64,000 bases of DNA, from positions 886 through 64,885 of the forward strand of contig CAWIIC010000016.1 of assembly GCA_963836045.1 (NCBI GenBank), given 5' to 3'. This stretch comes from an uncultured Pseudomonadota bacterium (GTDB lineage Bacteria; Chloroflexota; UBA5177; JAJPKF01). Numbering within the stretch: position 1 is the first letter of the stretch; the number at the start of each line of letters is the position of its first letter. The notes under the pieces were generated by a model. It saw only the letters and a list, made by a program, of their open reading frames with translations, was not told the origin of the DNA and did not search any database. The position numbers were made by a program, and so were the translations under genes. This document shows, piece by piece, positions 19,562-29,828 of this stretch.

Positions 19562-22500
19562 TTACACGGCATGTCCGGCGCTGGAAACCAGGGCGCCCAG
19601 CCCGTGCGGCTCGAATCCAAAGACAGTCTCGGCCACCGGAAACACGAACTCACATCGAGTTACATGGCGACCAGTGACTTCGTGCACGAGCTTCGCATAC
19701 GCCTCTCCCTGGATACGGTATGTCTCCATTCGGGCTTCAATCTCGGCATCGTCCCGGACATTGTCGGTCTTATAGTCGACCACGACTAGATCTGCGCCGT
19801 CTTCATAAAGGAGGTCGATGAAACCCTCCACCAGCACGTCGTCAACCACCGATCCGTCATAGACCACGCCATTGAGAGATGCTCCCACCGGGACCTCGCG
19901 CCACCACCTGCCGGCCGCCACTGCTCGGCGAACGGGCTCGCTGTGCCAGAGCCACCTCGACAGCTCGATCACGTGGGACTCACGATAGGTGATTCCCTCG
20001 ATAGCGGCCTGGGCTCTTGCCAGAGCCGCCAGGTCCGAGATGTCGGTCAATGAGCAGTCCTTCATGACGCTGTGGACTGCGCGGCCCAAAGCCGTACCGC
20101 CGCGACCTTGCCGGCCCGACATTACATCACCAGTGTCAGGCTCCGCGTCCTCGTTGACCTCCTGGTGCGCCAGCGCCGACGGAGTAAGGATCCGCTCCTC
20201 AGCTCCGGCGGTCAACGCAGCACCGCGCCGTGCTGTCCACTCATCCTCACTTCTCGTGTAGCCGGCAACCGCCTCCGGCTCGGCACGCCGCCTCGGGGCC
20301 CATGGACCAGCTTCCCGCGTCTCGGCGAACGTGAGCTTCCGCTCTTCGGCGGGCTCGGGTCCGAACACTTCCAGGATGACGTCCTCCCACTTCTGCGCGT
20401 CGGCTCCCCGCACTCCCCGGTTGACGCTGACGATCAAATGATCGCGCGCCCGTGTGGACGCGACGTACAACAAACGCTTTCGCTCGGCCTCGGCGAAGTC
20501 CTTCTCGGTATCCTTCCCCTGCTCGTAATTCGCGGTTTTGAAGTCGATATCGCCATAATCGGCCTTGACTCTCACATCGATCTCCCCTGACAGTCGATCG
20601 ACCAGCACGTCGCTGACCACGAACCGCGGATCACTCCCCAAACCCGTGAGGATGACTATCGGAAACTCCAGTCCCTTCGCTCCGTGAACGGTCAGGACCC
20701 GCACGGTGTCCTCGTCGGTTTCGGTGGACGCTCCGGTATCTACCGGCGATACGTCCTGCGACATCGTGTCGAGCAGATCGATGGTCTCGCGCAGTCCGGT
20801 ACTGCCCGCGGTCTCGAGTTGGCGCACGGTGCCCGACACCCAGCGCAGCCGCCTGAGAACCTCCCGATACCGTGGCTCGCCGAATGCGGCCAGCGCCATC
20901 GCCCTGCTCCCAATGAGATCGTCGACCAGGCTGGGAACCGACACGTCGTGCCGGCTATTGTTGCGGCGAGCCAGGTCACGCATGGCCTCCAAGACCCGAG
21001 CCACCCCGCCATCGCGCGGATTCATGTAATTGAGCCGGCCCTCATTAGTCACCCAGCGGTACAATTCCAGATCGCTGCACCCGTACGCCGGCGACCGCAA
21101 CGCCGCGACTAAGGCCACCTGATCCGAGGGATCGTCGATCGCCCGCATGATCGAAAGCAGGTCGCGGACCTCCTGCGTGCGAAGGATGAGCGCTCCACTC
21201 TCGAGGCGGTACGGGACGTCAAAGTCATCAAAGGCCTGTTCCAGGCGCCTCACGTTTGTCCGGCTGGGGATCAGGACGCAGATGTCCTCCGCCCTGGCTG
21301 ATCTGACCTGCCCGGTCTCAGGATCGCGAACAGTCCACCGATCGATCAGCACAAACTTGGCCGCCTGGGCAACCTGCGTGGCCTCGGCGGTCCAGACGGC
21401 GTCGGCGTTTCCATTCAGCTCGCTCCCTACCCAGCTCACGCACGGCCCGTTCCCCTCGACTCCGATGTCGAGCTCAACATATGCCGGCTGAATGCTGGGG
21501 TCCCCCTTTATCTCCCGCCGGCCGAAACAGTTCACGACGTCGACGATCTCGGGGCGGCACCGGAAGTTGGTGCTGAGGCGTAGTATCTCGCCTCCGCTGT
21601 CGACAACGGCGCGTCCGACCGCCTCGTAAATCGCGATGTCCGCCCTCCGAAACCGGTAGATAGACTGCTTCGGGTCCCCCACGACCATGAGCCGCCCGGG
21701 AATTAGCGGCGCGTTACGCCACGATGTGACCTCCGGGCTCCATCCTTTGGTGGCCGACAGCATCATGACGATCTCGGCCTGCAGCGGGTCGGTGTCTTGG
21801 AACTCGTCGACGATGATGTGGGACCATCGGGACCGGCAAACGCCCCTGACATCGTCATTCATCAAGAGGTCGCGAGACCAGGCCAGTAGATCCTGAAAGG
21901 TTGCCCTGCCGGCGAGGCGGCGTTGGTCTGCGCCGGAAAGCACCCAGTCCACCACATGCGGCAGGAGCGTCCGCAGGCTCTCCGAGCGCTCGAGCGCGAG
22001 AAACTCCTTTGCCTCTTTTGCTACCTCGTGCAGCGTTTCCTTTATATTGCGGCCAACGGCGAGATCTCCCCCCAGCTTCTTGAAGCTGCCTTGATCCCCA
22101 TGGACCTGAGGCATCTGGGCCGCCAGCAGTAGGGCCCCCATGCAGTCAGTATCCGTTTTCGCGCCGAGCGCCCGATCGCGCAGAAGGCGGGCGGCCGTCA
22201 GCGCCCTCGTGAAACCGTGATCCGGTAGACAGTCCGGCTCACCCAGGTCCTCGATGAGTTGCCCCCACCGGGCAACCGCGGAGCGTAGGCCGATGGGCCG
22301 TGGAGCCGCCTCCCACTGCATGCCTCTCGTGAGGAGGTCGCCTTCACGACTGAACTTGATCATCAAGTTCTGCAGATGAGCTGGAGTCAGCCCCAGCGCG
22401 AAGGCCCGCTCGAGTGCCGTCGCCAGCGGTGACTCGAGGTCCTGGCCCGCCTGCTCGAACCAGTCGCGGAACCTCTCGTTGAGATCCAGCGTTTCCATGG

Positions 22501-22909
22501 TGCCGTCGACCACCTCGAGTCGAGGCGGACAGTTCGCGTCGAAGGGGTAGCTGCGCAGCAGCTCCGACGCGAACGCGTGAATGGTCGAGATCGCCGCGGC
22601 GTCCAGGTTGTCGGCGGCGGCGCGCAGCCTCTCACGCTGCTCCTCCGTCCTATCGTGATCCTCGGCGGCCCTCTCCAGGGCCTCTCGTATCCGGCTGCGC
22701 AGCTCTCCTGCCGCCGCCTCGGTGAACGTAATGGCTACTAGCGAGGCGGCGGTCGCCTTCCCTGCGGCCACTAGCTCCACTATGCGTTCGACGATCATCC
22801 TGGTCTTGCCCGTTCCGGCGCCGGCCTCGACGAAAAACGTACGGTCCAGGTCGGTGCGGATGCGCTCTCGAGCTAAGCGGTCCGGCAGCGGGATGGCCGT
22901 GATCGTCAT
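19562..22909 (-). CDS. AddA/AdnB-like UvrD-family helicase with C-terminal PD-(D/E)XK nuclease domain
   Basis: FVEAGAGTGKT (Walker A), IIVDEFQDTD and VLTVHGAKGLEFP helicase motifs. Nuclease motif GFIDLLYEDGADLVVVDYKTD. Start set at ATG 22909, which overlaps the upstream stop as ATGA. The ORF-track start at 23008 would overlap the upstream gene by about 100 nt. Confidence 0.85.
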   Translation of the reverse strand: MTITAIPLPDRLARERIRTDLDRTFFVEAGAGTGKTRMIVERIVELVAAGKATAASLVAITFTEAAAGELRSRIREALERAAEDHDRTEEQRERLRAAADNLDAAAISTIHAFASELLRSYPFDANCPPRLEVVDGTMETLDLNERFRDWFEQAGQDLESPLATALERAFALGLTPAHLQNLMIKFSREGDLLTRGMQWEAAPRPIGLRSAVARWGQLIEDLGEPDCLPDHGFTRALTAARLLRDRALGAKTDTDCMGALLLAAQMPQVHGDQGSFKKLGGDLAVGRNIKETLHEVAKEAKEFLALERSESLRTLLPHVVDWVLSGADQRRLAGRATFQDLLAWSRDLLMNDDVRGVCRSRWSHIIVDEFQDTDPLQAEIVMMLSATKGWSPEVTSWRNAPLIPGRLMVVGDPKQSIYRFRRADIAIYEAVGRAVVDSGGEILRLSTNFRCRPEIVDVVNCFGRREIKGDPSIQPAYVELDIGVEGNGPCVSWVGSELNGNADAVWTAEATQVAQAAKFVLIDRWTVRDPETGQVRSARAEDICVLIPSRTNVRRLEQAFDDFDVPYRLESGALILRTQEVRDLLSIMRAIDDPSDQVALVAALRSPAYGCSDLELYRWVTNEGRLNYMNPRDGGVARVLEAMRDLARRNNSRHDVSVPSLVDDLIGSRAMALAAFGEPRYREVLRRLRWVSGTVRQLETAGSTGLRETIDLLDTMSQDVSPVDTGASTETDEDTVRVLTVHGAKGLEFPIVILTGLGSDPRFVVSDVLVDRLSGEIDVRVKADYGDIDFKTANYEQGKDTEKDFAEAERKRLLYVASTRARDHLIVSVNRGVRGADAQKWEDVILEVFGPEPAEERKLTFAETREAGPWAPRRRAEPEAVAGYTRSEDEWTARRGAALTAGAEERILTPSALAHQEVNEDAEPDTGDVMSGRQGRGGTALGRAVHSVMKDCSLTDISDLAALARAQAAIEGITYRESHVIELSRWLWHSEPVRRAVAAGRWWREVPVGASLNGVVYDGSVVDDVLVEGFIDLLYEDGADLVVVDYKTDNVRDDAEIEARMETYRIQGEAYAKLVHEVTGRHVTRCEFVFPVAETVFGFEPHGLGALVSSAGHAV

Positions 22910-25900
22910 TCCTCCACCACTGGAACTTCGAGCTGTAGGTCGTAGAAAGCTCGTGCGCCCGGCGCGTCTCGCTTGCGATCCTGGACCGCGTCGCGTCCCG
23001 ACGGGCAAATGCGATCGAAAGCGCAGTAGACGCAGTTTTCCCAGGACGATCGTCCCGGCCGGTACGTCTCAGCCTGTGGGATCTGAGGGAAGCAGCCGGC
23101 GGTGATGCCGGAAACAACGCCCCCGAGAACATCGACCAGCCGTTCGTCCACTTCCTCGTCGATCGCCCGGCCTGCCGTCTTGAACTCGCCCTTCGTGGAC
23201 GCGTACCAGTACCTGGCCGTTACCGATTCGGCGTCCATCGGCTCTCTGACGGCCCGGCCGTAGAGGGCAAGCTGCAAGGCTGTGCCCGCCACGACTGGGT
23301 CGTCCTCTAGCTTCGTTTCCGTGAGATCCGCTCGTCCGGTCTTGTAGTCCGTCACCCGGACAGTGCCTATAAGCGAACGGTCGATGCGATCGATCTTGCC
23401 GCGAAAGAGAAGAGGCTCCGAGGCGCCATAATTTACCGACACCGCGGGCCACGCCGGCCCCGAGCCCTCCATATCTCCGAAGGCTTGCTCGACGGCCACA
23501 GGGCTCCATCCCCCGGCAATGCGGTCCTCTCCGTCGCGGCGCAATAGGATCTCCAAATCCGCCAGGATGGCGGAGCGCGTAGCCTTCCACACGAGTGGGT
23601 GGCCCGTGATGTCTTTCTCTTCGTATCGGTCCAGCTCCTCCGCCGCGATGGCTGCCAGCCGTTCATAATCGTCGGGCCCATACACAGCGTGCTGACGACG
23701 GTCCGGGGCAACCTGGTCAAGCTGCTGCCCAGGGGGGCCATCGTTCCCCGCATCAGGACCGAACGCTCGTCCATCCTCACTCAGTTCCTTCGCGATCAGT
23801 TCCTTGTAGAACCGCTCGAGAATCGTATGGATGACCGATCCCTTATCGAGGGCATTGATCGTCCAACGCTGCGCATCCTCCGGGCGGTCGGTGCTCCGCA
23901 CGCCGAGCACGCGATCCAGATAGTAGCGAAATGGGCAGGTGGCCCACGCCTGGAGTCTGGTGGCGCTCAGGGACTTGTCCATTTGAATGTTCAGCCCGTC
24001 GCCGTTAGCTCCGTCCAGGCTCGTGTCTGCCAGGTTTCCGTCGGCCGCCGTAAGCTGAGCCGAAGCCCTCGCGGCTCCAATAACCAGGAACCGTTGGAGT
24101 GGAAGGTCGGACCGGGCCGCGAGAGGGTGGGAGGCGAGCTGTCGGTCAGCTTCGCGCCACTCAAGCACAGCTCTCAAACGGTACTCGGCCAGGTCGACCG
24201 GCTCAGGACCATGCCGAACTCCGCCCAGAGGCGACGGGATCGAGGTGAACCACGGACCATGCAGATGTGTGCGCAGCTGCTGCGACGTCATGGCACGTCC
24301 CTCGAGCCGGGTGGCCGCCTGAACCAGCCACCGCGAGGGATATACAGGCCGCCCGGCGTCATCCCAGATGGGAAACGAGAGGCTGGCATTTCCGGCCGCC
24401 GACACCGTGATAAATAGCGCCATAGCCTGCCCTTCGATGTCGGTACGTCGATCGTCGAGTGGATCGCTCTCGCCGGCAAAAGGCACAAATGGATTTGTAG
24501 GCGGACTCTTTGGGAACGCCGACTCAGTCATGCCAAGGGCGTGTACGCGCGATAGCTTCAAGCCCGCCGCGCTCTGGATCTTGCCCGTCAAGATGCCCCG
24601 GCCGAATTTCCCCACCGGCTGCCGCCGAGCATCGAAGAGACCCTCCAGCGTCTCGATCAAGACAGATAGCGTACAAGGGAGAGGTCGCGCGCGGCGCTCT
24701 GGCTCTTCCGCAGACGCAGCTCCTGCAGCCGCCTCCCCGCCTGACGCCACCCCGGCTGATGGCAGTGATCTGAGTATCTCGATGACGAGCTGCCCGGCTT
24801 CTGCTTCCGGTCCTGTCCATGACGTTCTAAGAACGTGCTCCTGAAACAGATCAATCGCCCACCGGCTGAATGCCGCCCAGGTCGCCTCTGCCGGCGGCTC
24901 GGTTTCGTCCGCCAGCCTGACCACGTACGCGGCTATGCTAATGGCGTCGCCGGCGACTCGCTCGCGATAGGAGCGTACTTCGGGATCGATGTCTGAGTCT
25001 GGGTCGTCAAGCATGCCTTCGGGATCGATTTCCTTAGCCAGGCGCTCGAGGCCTTGCGTCCAGCTGTCGACGCCCCGAACCACACCAGCTTCGCGGCTAA
25101 GTCTCTCCCACGTGGCCGGCTGCGGCACGCCTTTCTGTATCCACGGGAATCCGTTGAGCCAGGCGAGCACCGACACACGAGAGAAGTCGGAATCGCGCAG
25201 ACGCAGGAGGTCGAGCAATCCTCGTGCGGCCCAGCTGTCGGATAGCGGACGCCCACCAAGCACAGTAAACGGCACGGCAGCTGAGCCGAGAACATCCGCG
25301 AGCAGGCCCCCGTACATTCGATCGTCGTTGTGCAGAACCGCGATCTCGTACAGCGGCACGCCACTCGCGTGCTCCGCCAGGACACACCTGACGGCAGCCC
25401 GAACCTCCTCTCCAGCCGAGGGGGCAGCAGTAATGTGCAGCTCCGAGAAGGAGGCCGCGCACGCAGCCACAGGCGCCCCAGCCGATTTGGTCGGCCCAAA
25501 TGACGGGGCGCCCATGCTCGCTGTAGACCGGCCTTTCATGGCCGGTGGCGCACCACAATCTCCGCCCATCCCGCGGTTCAATGAGGTCTCCAGGCTCTCC
25601 GTCCCGGCGATCGCCTCCGCGGGCGCCAAATCTCCGGCCCCCGCATCGATAGTCGGTAGCGAAACGACCGTCCGAGTGCGCGCTGCGATAGCCCGGATCA
25701 GCGAGACCTCACGTGCGGTCATTCCAAGGGGCAGGTGTACGATAACCGCGCCGGTATCGCGCAGGTCGACTCCAATCTCTACGGCTTCGAGGGCCGCATC
25801 GACCCGGTCCCGATCGTCATACAGGCCAAGTGACTCGAGCATCTCCTCGTACCTGGTCAGCATTCTGGCAAACGCTGCCGGCACGGCTCCCCGATCAGTC

Positions 25901-26364
25901 AGAGCCTCCGTCAACTCCGCCCCGTCCACGTCCGCTGCAGAACGCTCCCTGAACTCTCGGATGGCGCCGTCGAGCGCCTCGACCGTCGATGCGTGCGGCG
26001 TGTCGGTTCGAACAGAACCGGCAGCTGGGTCGGCAAGTAACCGGCGCAGCAACGCCTGCTTTGCAACTGCAGTCAACGGAGACAGGCCGCGCCGGGCCAG
26101 CAGAGGCGATGCCAGCGACTCCGACAGCTCGGACAGCACAGCGAATCGAGTGTTGATGCTCCCCGATCGTGCCAGTGCACGACGGTTTCCGAGCGCACAG
26201 GCCCGGGAGCTGCAGATCACTGTCAGTGGAGCAAGTTCGTCGCCAGACTTCATGGCACGCACCTGCCCCGGCAGCCAATCCTGAGCACCACTAGGTGCAA
26301 CCCGATGGACGTCAAGCATGCGCTCACCCCCTCCGTCCTGCTGGCTCAGCCTACTCCATGGCAA
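22906..26364 (-). CDS. AddB/AdnA-like PD-(D/E)XK nuclease subunit with four-cysteine (Fe-S type) arrangement
   Basis: 1152 aa. WATCPFRYYL, then GKIDRIDRSLIGTVRVTDYKTGR, then CVYCAFDRIC (C-x2-C-x5-C), as in AddB-type nuclease domains. I found no canonical GxxxxGK[ST] by eye. Translationally coupled (ATGA) to the AddA-like gene. The start is uncertain (26364 or MLDVH at 26319). Confidence 0.75.
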   Translation of the reverse strand: MPWSRLSQQDGGGERMLDVHRVAPSGAQDWLPGQVRAMKSGDELAPLTVICSSRACALGNRRALARSGSINTRFAVLSELSESLASPLLARRGLSPLTAVAKQALLRRLLADPAAGSVRTDTPHASTVEALDGAIREFRERSAADVDGAELTEALTDRGAVPAAFARMLTRYEEMLESLGLYDDRDRVDAALEAVEIGVDLRDTGAVIVHLPLGMTAREVSLIRAIAARTRTVVSLPTIDAGAGDLAPAEAIAGTESLETSLNRGMGGDCGAPPAMKGRSTASMGAPSFGPTKSAGAPVAACAASFSELHITAAPSAGEEVRAAVRCVLAEHASGVPLYEIAVLHNDDRMYGGLLADVLGSAAVPFTVLGGRPLSDSWAARGLLDLLRLRDSDFSRVSVLAWLNGFPWIQKGVPQPATWERLSREAGVVRGVDSWTQGLERLAKEIDPEGMLDDPDSDIDPEVRSYRERVAGDAISIAAYVVRLADETEPPAEATWAAFSRWAIDLFQEHVLRTSWTGPEAEAGQLVIEILRSLPSAGVASGGEAAAGAASAEEPERRARPLPCTLSVLIETLEGLFDARRQPVGKFGRGILTGKIQSAAGLKLSRVHALGMTESAFPKSPPTNPFVPFAGESDPLDDRRTDIEGQAMALFITVSAAGNASLSFPIWDDAGRPVYPSRWLVQAATRLEGRAMTSQQLRTHLHGPWFTSIPSPLGGVRHGPEPVDLAEYRLRAVLEWREADRQLASHPLAARSDLPLQRFLVIGAARASAQLTAADGNLADTSLDGANGDGLNIQMDKSLSATRLQAWATCPFRYYLDRVLGVRSTDRPEDAQRWTINALDKGSVIHTILERFYKELIAKELSEDGRAFGPDAGNDGPPGQQLDQVAPDRRQHAVYGPDDYERLAAIAAEELDRYEEKDITGHPLVWKATRSAILADLEILLRRDGEDRIAGGWSPVAVEQAFGDMEGSGPAWPAVSVNYGASEPLLFRGKIDRIDRSLIGTVRVTDYKTGRADLTETKLEDDPVVAGTALQLALYGRAVREPMDAESVTARYWYASTKGEFKTAGRAIDEEVDERLVDVLGGVVSGITAGCFPQIPQAETYRPGRSSWENCVYCAFDRICPSGRDAVQDRKRDAPGARAFYDLQLEVPVVEE

Positions 26365-26669
26365 TAAGATCTGCAGTGTACAAACTGCTGACTCCCAACC
26401 ACACGGATGGTATAAGAAGACACTTTTCTCTCTGTTTGCGAGGAGAGATCGTATCGATTAGCCAGTCGTTCCCCTAGACCCGGCCGTTTCTAAAGTTCGT
26501 TGGATGGTGGCTCCTGGAACGGAGCTGCTAAGGCCTGAGGCTCAAGCCCTCATGATCACGATCGTCTCAAGTGCGCGTGGCCGCTGTGAACTCCGGTGGC
26601 TGACTCGGAGTTCGGTGAAATGATTTCGAAGCGGCCAGTTGGGAAGTGGGCAAACAGGCTTGGCGCACC

Positions 26670-27636
26670 TCAGAGCTGAGGAGCAAGCTCCTTCAGACGA
26701 CCAATCACATCTTCGAACGTCGGTGGGGTCTCATAGAAGAGCAACCGACACTGCGCATCGTAGTCGGACCGGATTGATTCCATGACATCATCGGCGATGA
26801 AAATGCCTTCGCTGGTAGAGAGGCTGAGCCCGTTTGGCGGATGATAACGGTCGGCGAACTCTGCTCTGCTCACGGTATCGTAATCGGTGCAGATACCGTG
26901 GTATTCGTCTGACGCCAGCATTTCGATTACGGAATCCTGACTCGCAAGAACATATAGGTCCGCGTAGTGGCGACAATGTCGGCCAAGAGGTGTACCTTCC
27001 GACATCAGCTCATGAACCTCACTGTGAATCGTAAACAACTTCTCCACAAACGTCCGTCGGAAGTGAAGCAGAGTCATGCTGAAGGCAGTTAGGTCGGTAA
27101 TCTCGTCGCCTAACGCCTCACCCAACATGGCTCCGACGAAGGATTGAATGGCCCGAACCTCAGTAGGATAATTCCCGCTACGAGTTCCGACTTCCACACG
27201 GACGGTAGCTGAGATGGCTGGCATCTCAGGAAATCTTGTTTCATAGCCGAAGATGGCGTCGCGGGAGCGACCACGCTTCGAGAATCCGCCGGCCCCGGGT
27301 AGATACCTCAACCCCGGGGTGCGCGTCGATTTGATCCCTTAGGCCTTTGAGCTTGCGGTCGATCGCAGACGATCCAAGGTGATCGCCAAATGATTGAGGA
27401 TCAACATACAGGTCTAGATCCTCGGAAAACCTGCTGAGGAGGTTCCAACCTTTTGAGAGGCTGGTGCCGCCCTTGAAAATAATGTGCTCGTTCAAGGTCG
27501 TCACGGATATGCGCAGCGCCTCAGTGACGTAGTAGTCCTTCTCCACAAACTGTGGGGTACGGTCGATGCGATCCGCTACTGCCTGAATAATGTCTCGACT
27601 GTCAGGATGCTCGCACAACCTCAACGGGCGTACCAA
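26670..27636 (-). pseudogene. AbiEii/AbiGii-family nucleotidyltransferase toxin (type IV TA), split by a frameshift
   Basis: FKGGTSLSKGWNLLSRFSEDLDLYV is in ORF 27241..27636. The C-terminal two thirds are in ORF 26670..27311, in another frame. The switch is at about 27290-27310. Confidence 0.8.
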
Positions 27637-28352
27637 CTTGGAGCTGCGGACAGCGCCCGCAAGATTCCGAAGTCGAAACGCGACAGGGGATTAAGGCTTC
27701 GGTGCAACTTCCTCAGAAGCAGGTCTGGAGCACCAACCTCCTCACCGAGACTTCCCAGCATGGCTCGCACCCGCGGCGGCTCGCCGTCGGCGGCTAGAGC
27801 CAGCTTTCTATACGTGTCTCCCTCCCTAACTAGCTCTTCGAGGTGCTGCACCGTCTCGGCTGGAGACAAATCACTCGCAGCGCCTCGGTCGCGAAGGAAT
27901 TCCATGATTGCACCCTCGCGAACGCTGAGTGATCGCCGCCTTCCGGATCGACGTGTGTGAACGATCGCTCTCACCAAACCAGTGGGAGCATTATTGGCAG
28001 TCGTCGCATACTCAAGCGTCGCCGGGGTCTGCGTCGTAAAGCCGAGATAGGCCGCGGCAGTCAGACCTGAAGGAACCAAAGGATCCCTCGCCACTTTGGC
28101 AATCAATGCCTCAGAAGTAGGGCGACTGGGCCCCACCACAGTTGGACGCGGCTTGTAATAGACGCCGCGCCGAAGCTTGCTCAAAACTCCGTCGCGATGA
28201 AGTCGCGATAAGCTGGCAGCTACAGCTCCAGGCGGCAGATCCTTGAAGTCGCTGAATCTCCATAGTCTGTCTGCCGACGAATCAACTCTTCGCCGGACGC
28301 GATCGGCGACGCTCGTTGCTCGGCGGTCTTTTGAGGATGCCTTCATGCCCAA
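27621..28352 (-). CDS. AbiEi-family antitoxin / transcriptional regulator
   Basis: 243 aa. LWRFSDFKDLPPGAVAASLSRLHRDGVLSKLRRGVYY is the typical AbiEi N-terminal winged-helix pattern. It overlaps the toxin start by 16 nt. Confidence 0.75.
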   Translation of the reverse strand: MGMKASSKDRRATSVADRVRRRVDSSADRLWRFSDFKDLPPGAVAASLSRLHRDGVLSKLRRGVYYKPRPTVVGPSRPTSEALIAKVARDPLVPSGLTAAAYLGFTTQTPATLEYATTANNAPTGLVRAIVHTRRSGRRRSLSVREGAIMEFLRDRGAASDLSPAETVQHLEELVREGDTYRKLALAADGEPPRVRAMLGSLGEEVGAPDLLLRKLHRSLNPLSRFDFGILRALSAAPSWYAR

Positions 28353-28669
28353 CGATACCCTCCGCAGGGCAGTTTTGTCATGTTATTAAGCATAAAAACT
28401 AGACAGAAGGCGTCCGGAATGGCAGCTGTATCAGTGCCTTAACGGATTGACGGACCGCGAATCCAGACAGGCACTCAAGGCGAAACTCGAACAGGCGAAG
28501 AAAGATCGAAACGACCATGGCCCACGATAAATCTAAGGGCACTTCTCCGACGGTCTGCCACGGAGCCGAGCGAAGATCACTTCGTCACCTTCGTGCCCTC
28601 CAAGAGCATGCACCGGCTATCAGAGCGAGCCAGGAAACCAAGCGCGATCACCATCACTGTACAGCGATG

Positions 28670-29677
28670 TCAACCGTGAGATTGGATGTGATGTCGACCG
28701 ATCACCACGAGCTCATGGCTTCCCGACCCGCGTCCATGTCCCCGGCACAGCTGAGCCCGGGTGCTGCAGAGGGGGTCGCTGACCTTAGTAATGAAGAGTC
28801 GGTTGCCGAGCACAGACCAGTGGTAGTACCCCGTGGGCGTCAGGTCCGTCAGCTGACGCTCGAGGGTCAGCCGGCGATGAGAGGCGCGCCGGCGGGGACC
28901 GCCAAAGATCTGCAGACCGCCGCCATCTGTGGCTGAGTACCCCTGCGAGGTCCCCAGCCTCAGGGAGCCGCGAGTAATGGTGAGCGTCAGGTGCTCGCGG
29001 GTGAGCCCCATTGCGCTTGGCAGCGGTTCGCTGAGGCCTCGAAAGTTTCTCTGCAAAAGGGAACGTGGAGTGGGCGGAGACAGCATTAGGCGCGGGAAGC
29101 CTACCCTCGAATCCGGCCCAAGATAGACGAGAACGATGCTCTTGGTATCGAAGCGCGCACGCGACGGCGGTACGTGCCGAGGAGCGAAGACGCAGTCGGC
29201 GGTCCGGTCGCAGCCAGTCGCGCCTGGTGCCCCAGGCAGCACGAAGGCGGCGGCATGCTCGGCCGTATTCAGGGCATCGGTCGAGGCCTGTTCGACATGA
29301 CGATCACTGTAACACCGGCCTTCGGGAATCGCAGGTTCGCCGTCTGATAGCTGTAGAGGTTCCCAACGGTGTATTCGACGCGGGACCCAAGCAGAAATCC
29401 CAATCTTCCAGCCATCCGCCCACTGGACGTCGTCTATACCTGGATCAGGCGGCGCCGCGATACCGCGTGGGGAAAGCTCACGTCGGGTCAGGGACGCCGG
29501 CATAAAGCGCCCGCCAAAGAGCAGGTTATCGTAGCGGTAGATATCCGGCGCCGAGGAGTAGGCGGCGAAGTAGTCGTTATACTCGTGGACTGACGTGGTG
29601 ACCCGACGAGTCGTAGTCCAGCGCCAGCCGGGGCGACCGCATGCCATCGAACAATTGCCAGGCCAGTCGGCTGCCAT
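28670..29677 (-). CDS. Hypothetical protein (weak call)
   Basis: 335-aa ORF directly downstream of the kinase gene. No motif recognised. The N- and C-terminal ends look non-protein-like, so it may be partly spurious or decayed. Confidence 0.3.
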   Translation of the reverse strand: MAADWPGNCSMACGRPGWRWTTTRRVTTSVHEYNDYFAAYSSAPDIYRYDNLLFGGRFMPASLTRRELSPRGIAAPPDPGIDDVQWADGWKIGISAWVPRRIHRWEPLQLSDGEPAIPEGRCYSDRHVEQASTDALNTAEHAAAFVLPGAPGATGCDRTADCVFAPRHVPPSRARFDTKSIVLVYLGPDSRVGFPRLMLSPPTPRSLLQRNFRGLSEPLPSAMGLTREHLTLTITRGSLRLGTSQGYSATDGGGLQIFGGPRRRASHRRLTLERQLTDLTPTGYYHWSVLGNRLFITKVSDPLCSTRAQLCRGHGRGSGSHELVVIGRHHIQSHG

Positions 29678-29828
29678 TATATGGGTCCGAGTTGCAGGCC
29701 TTGATCAGGGATGATCCGGGGCGAGGAATCACGCCTGTTGGCAGCCAAGACCCATATGGAGCCGGCCAACCGCCGAAGGTATCCGGGCTCCGACTATGGC
29801 CATCAGGACGTTACCGCAGGACGTGTAC

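Noticed and set aside
24989-26284. 431-aa plus-strand ORF inside the AddB-like gene, and similar long antisense ORFs (23599..24417, 20072..20590, 37198..37908, 48492..49280, 58312..59049, 63036..63827, 56263..56982, 35826..36395).
   Set aside because: All overlap genes with strong motif support on the other strand or frame. They are Ser/Arg/Pro/Ala-rich without recognisable motifs, which is the expected high-GC artefact.
19562-28352. AddAB-like pair plus AbiE as a single novel defence island.
   Set aside because: The helicase-nuclease pair has the size, gene order, ATGA coupling and Fe-S nuclease features of housekeeping AddAB/AdnAB. Adjacency to one TA module alone is not evidence of a joint system.
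28517-28936. 139-aa plus-strand ORF between AbiEi and the kinase region.
   Set aside because: It overlaps the (itself weak) minus-strand ORF 28670..29677. No RBS or motif is present, and the sequence is His/Arg-rich and not protein-like.
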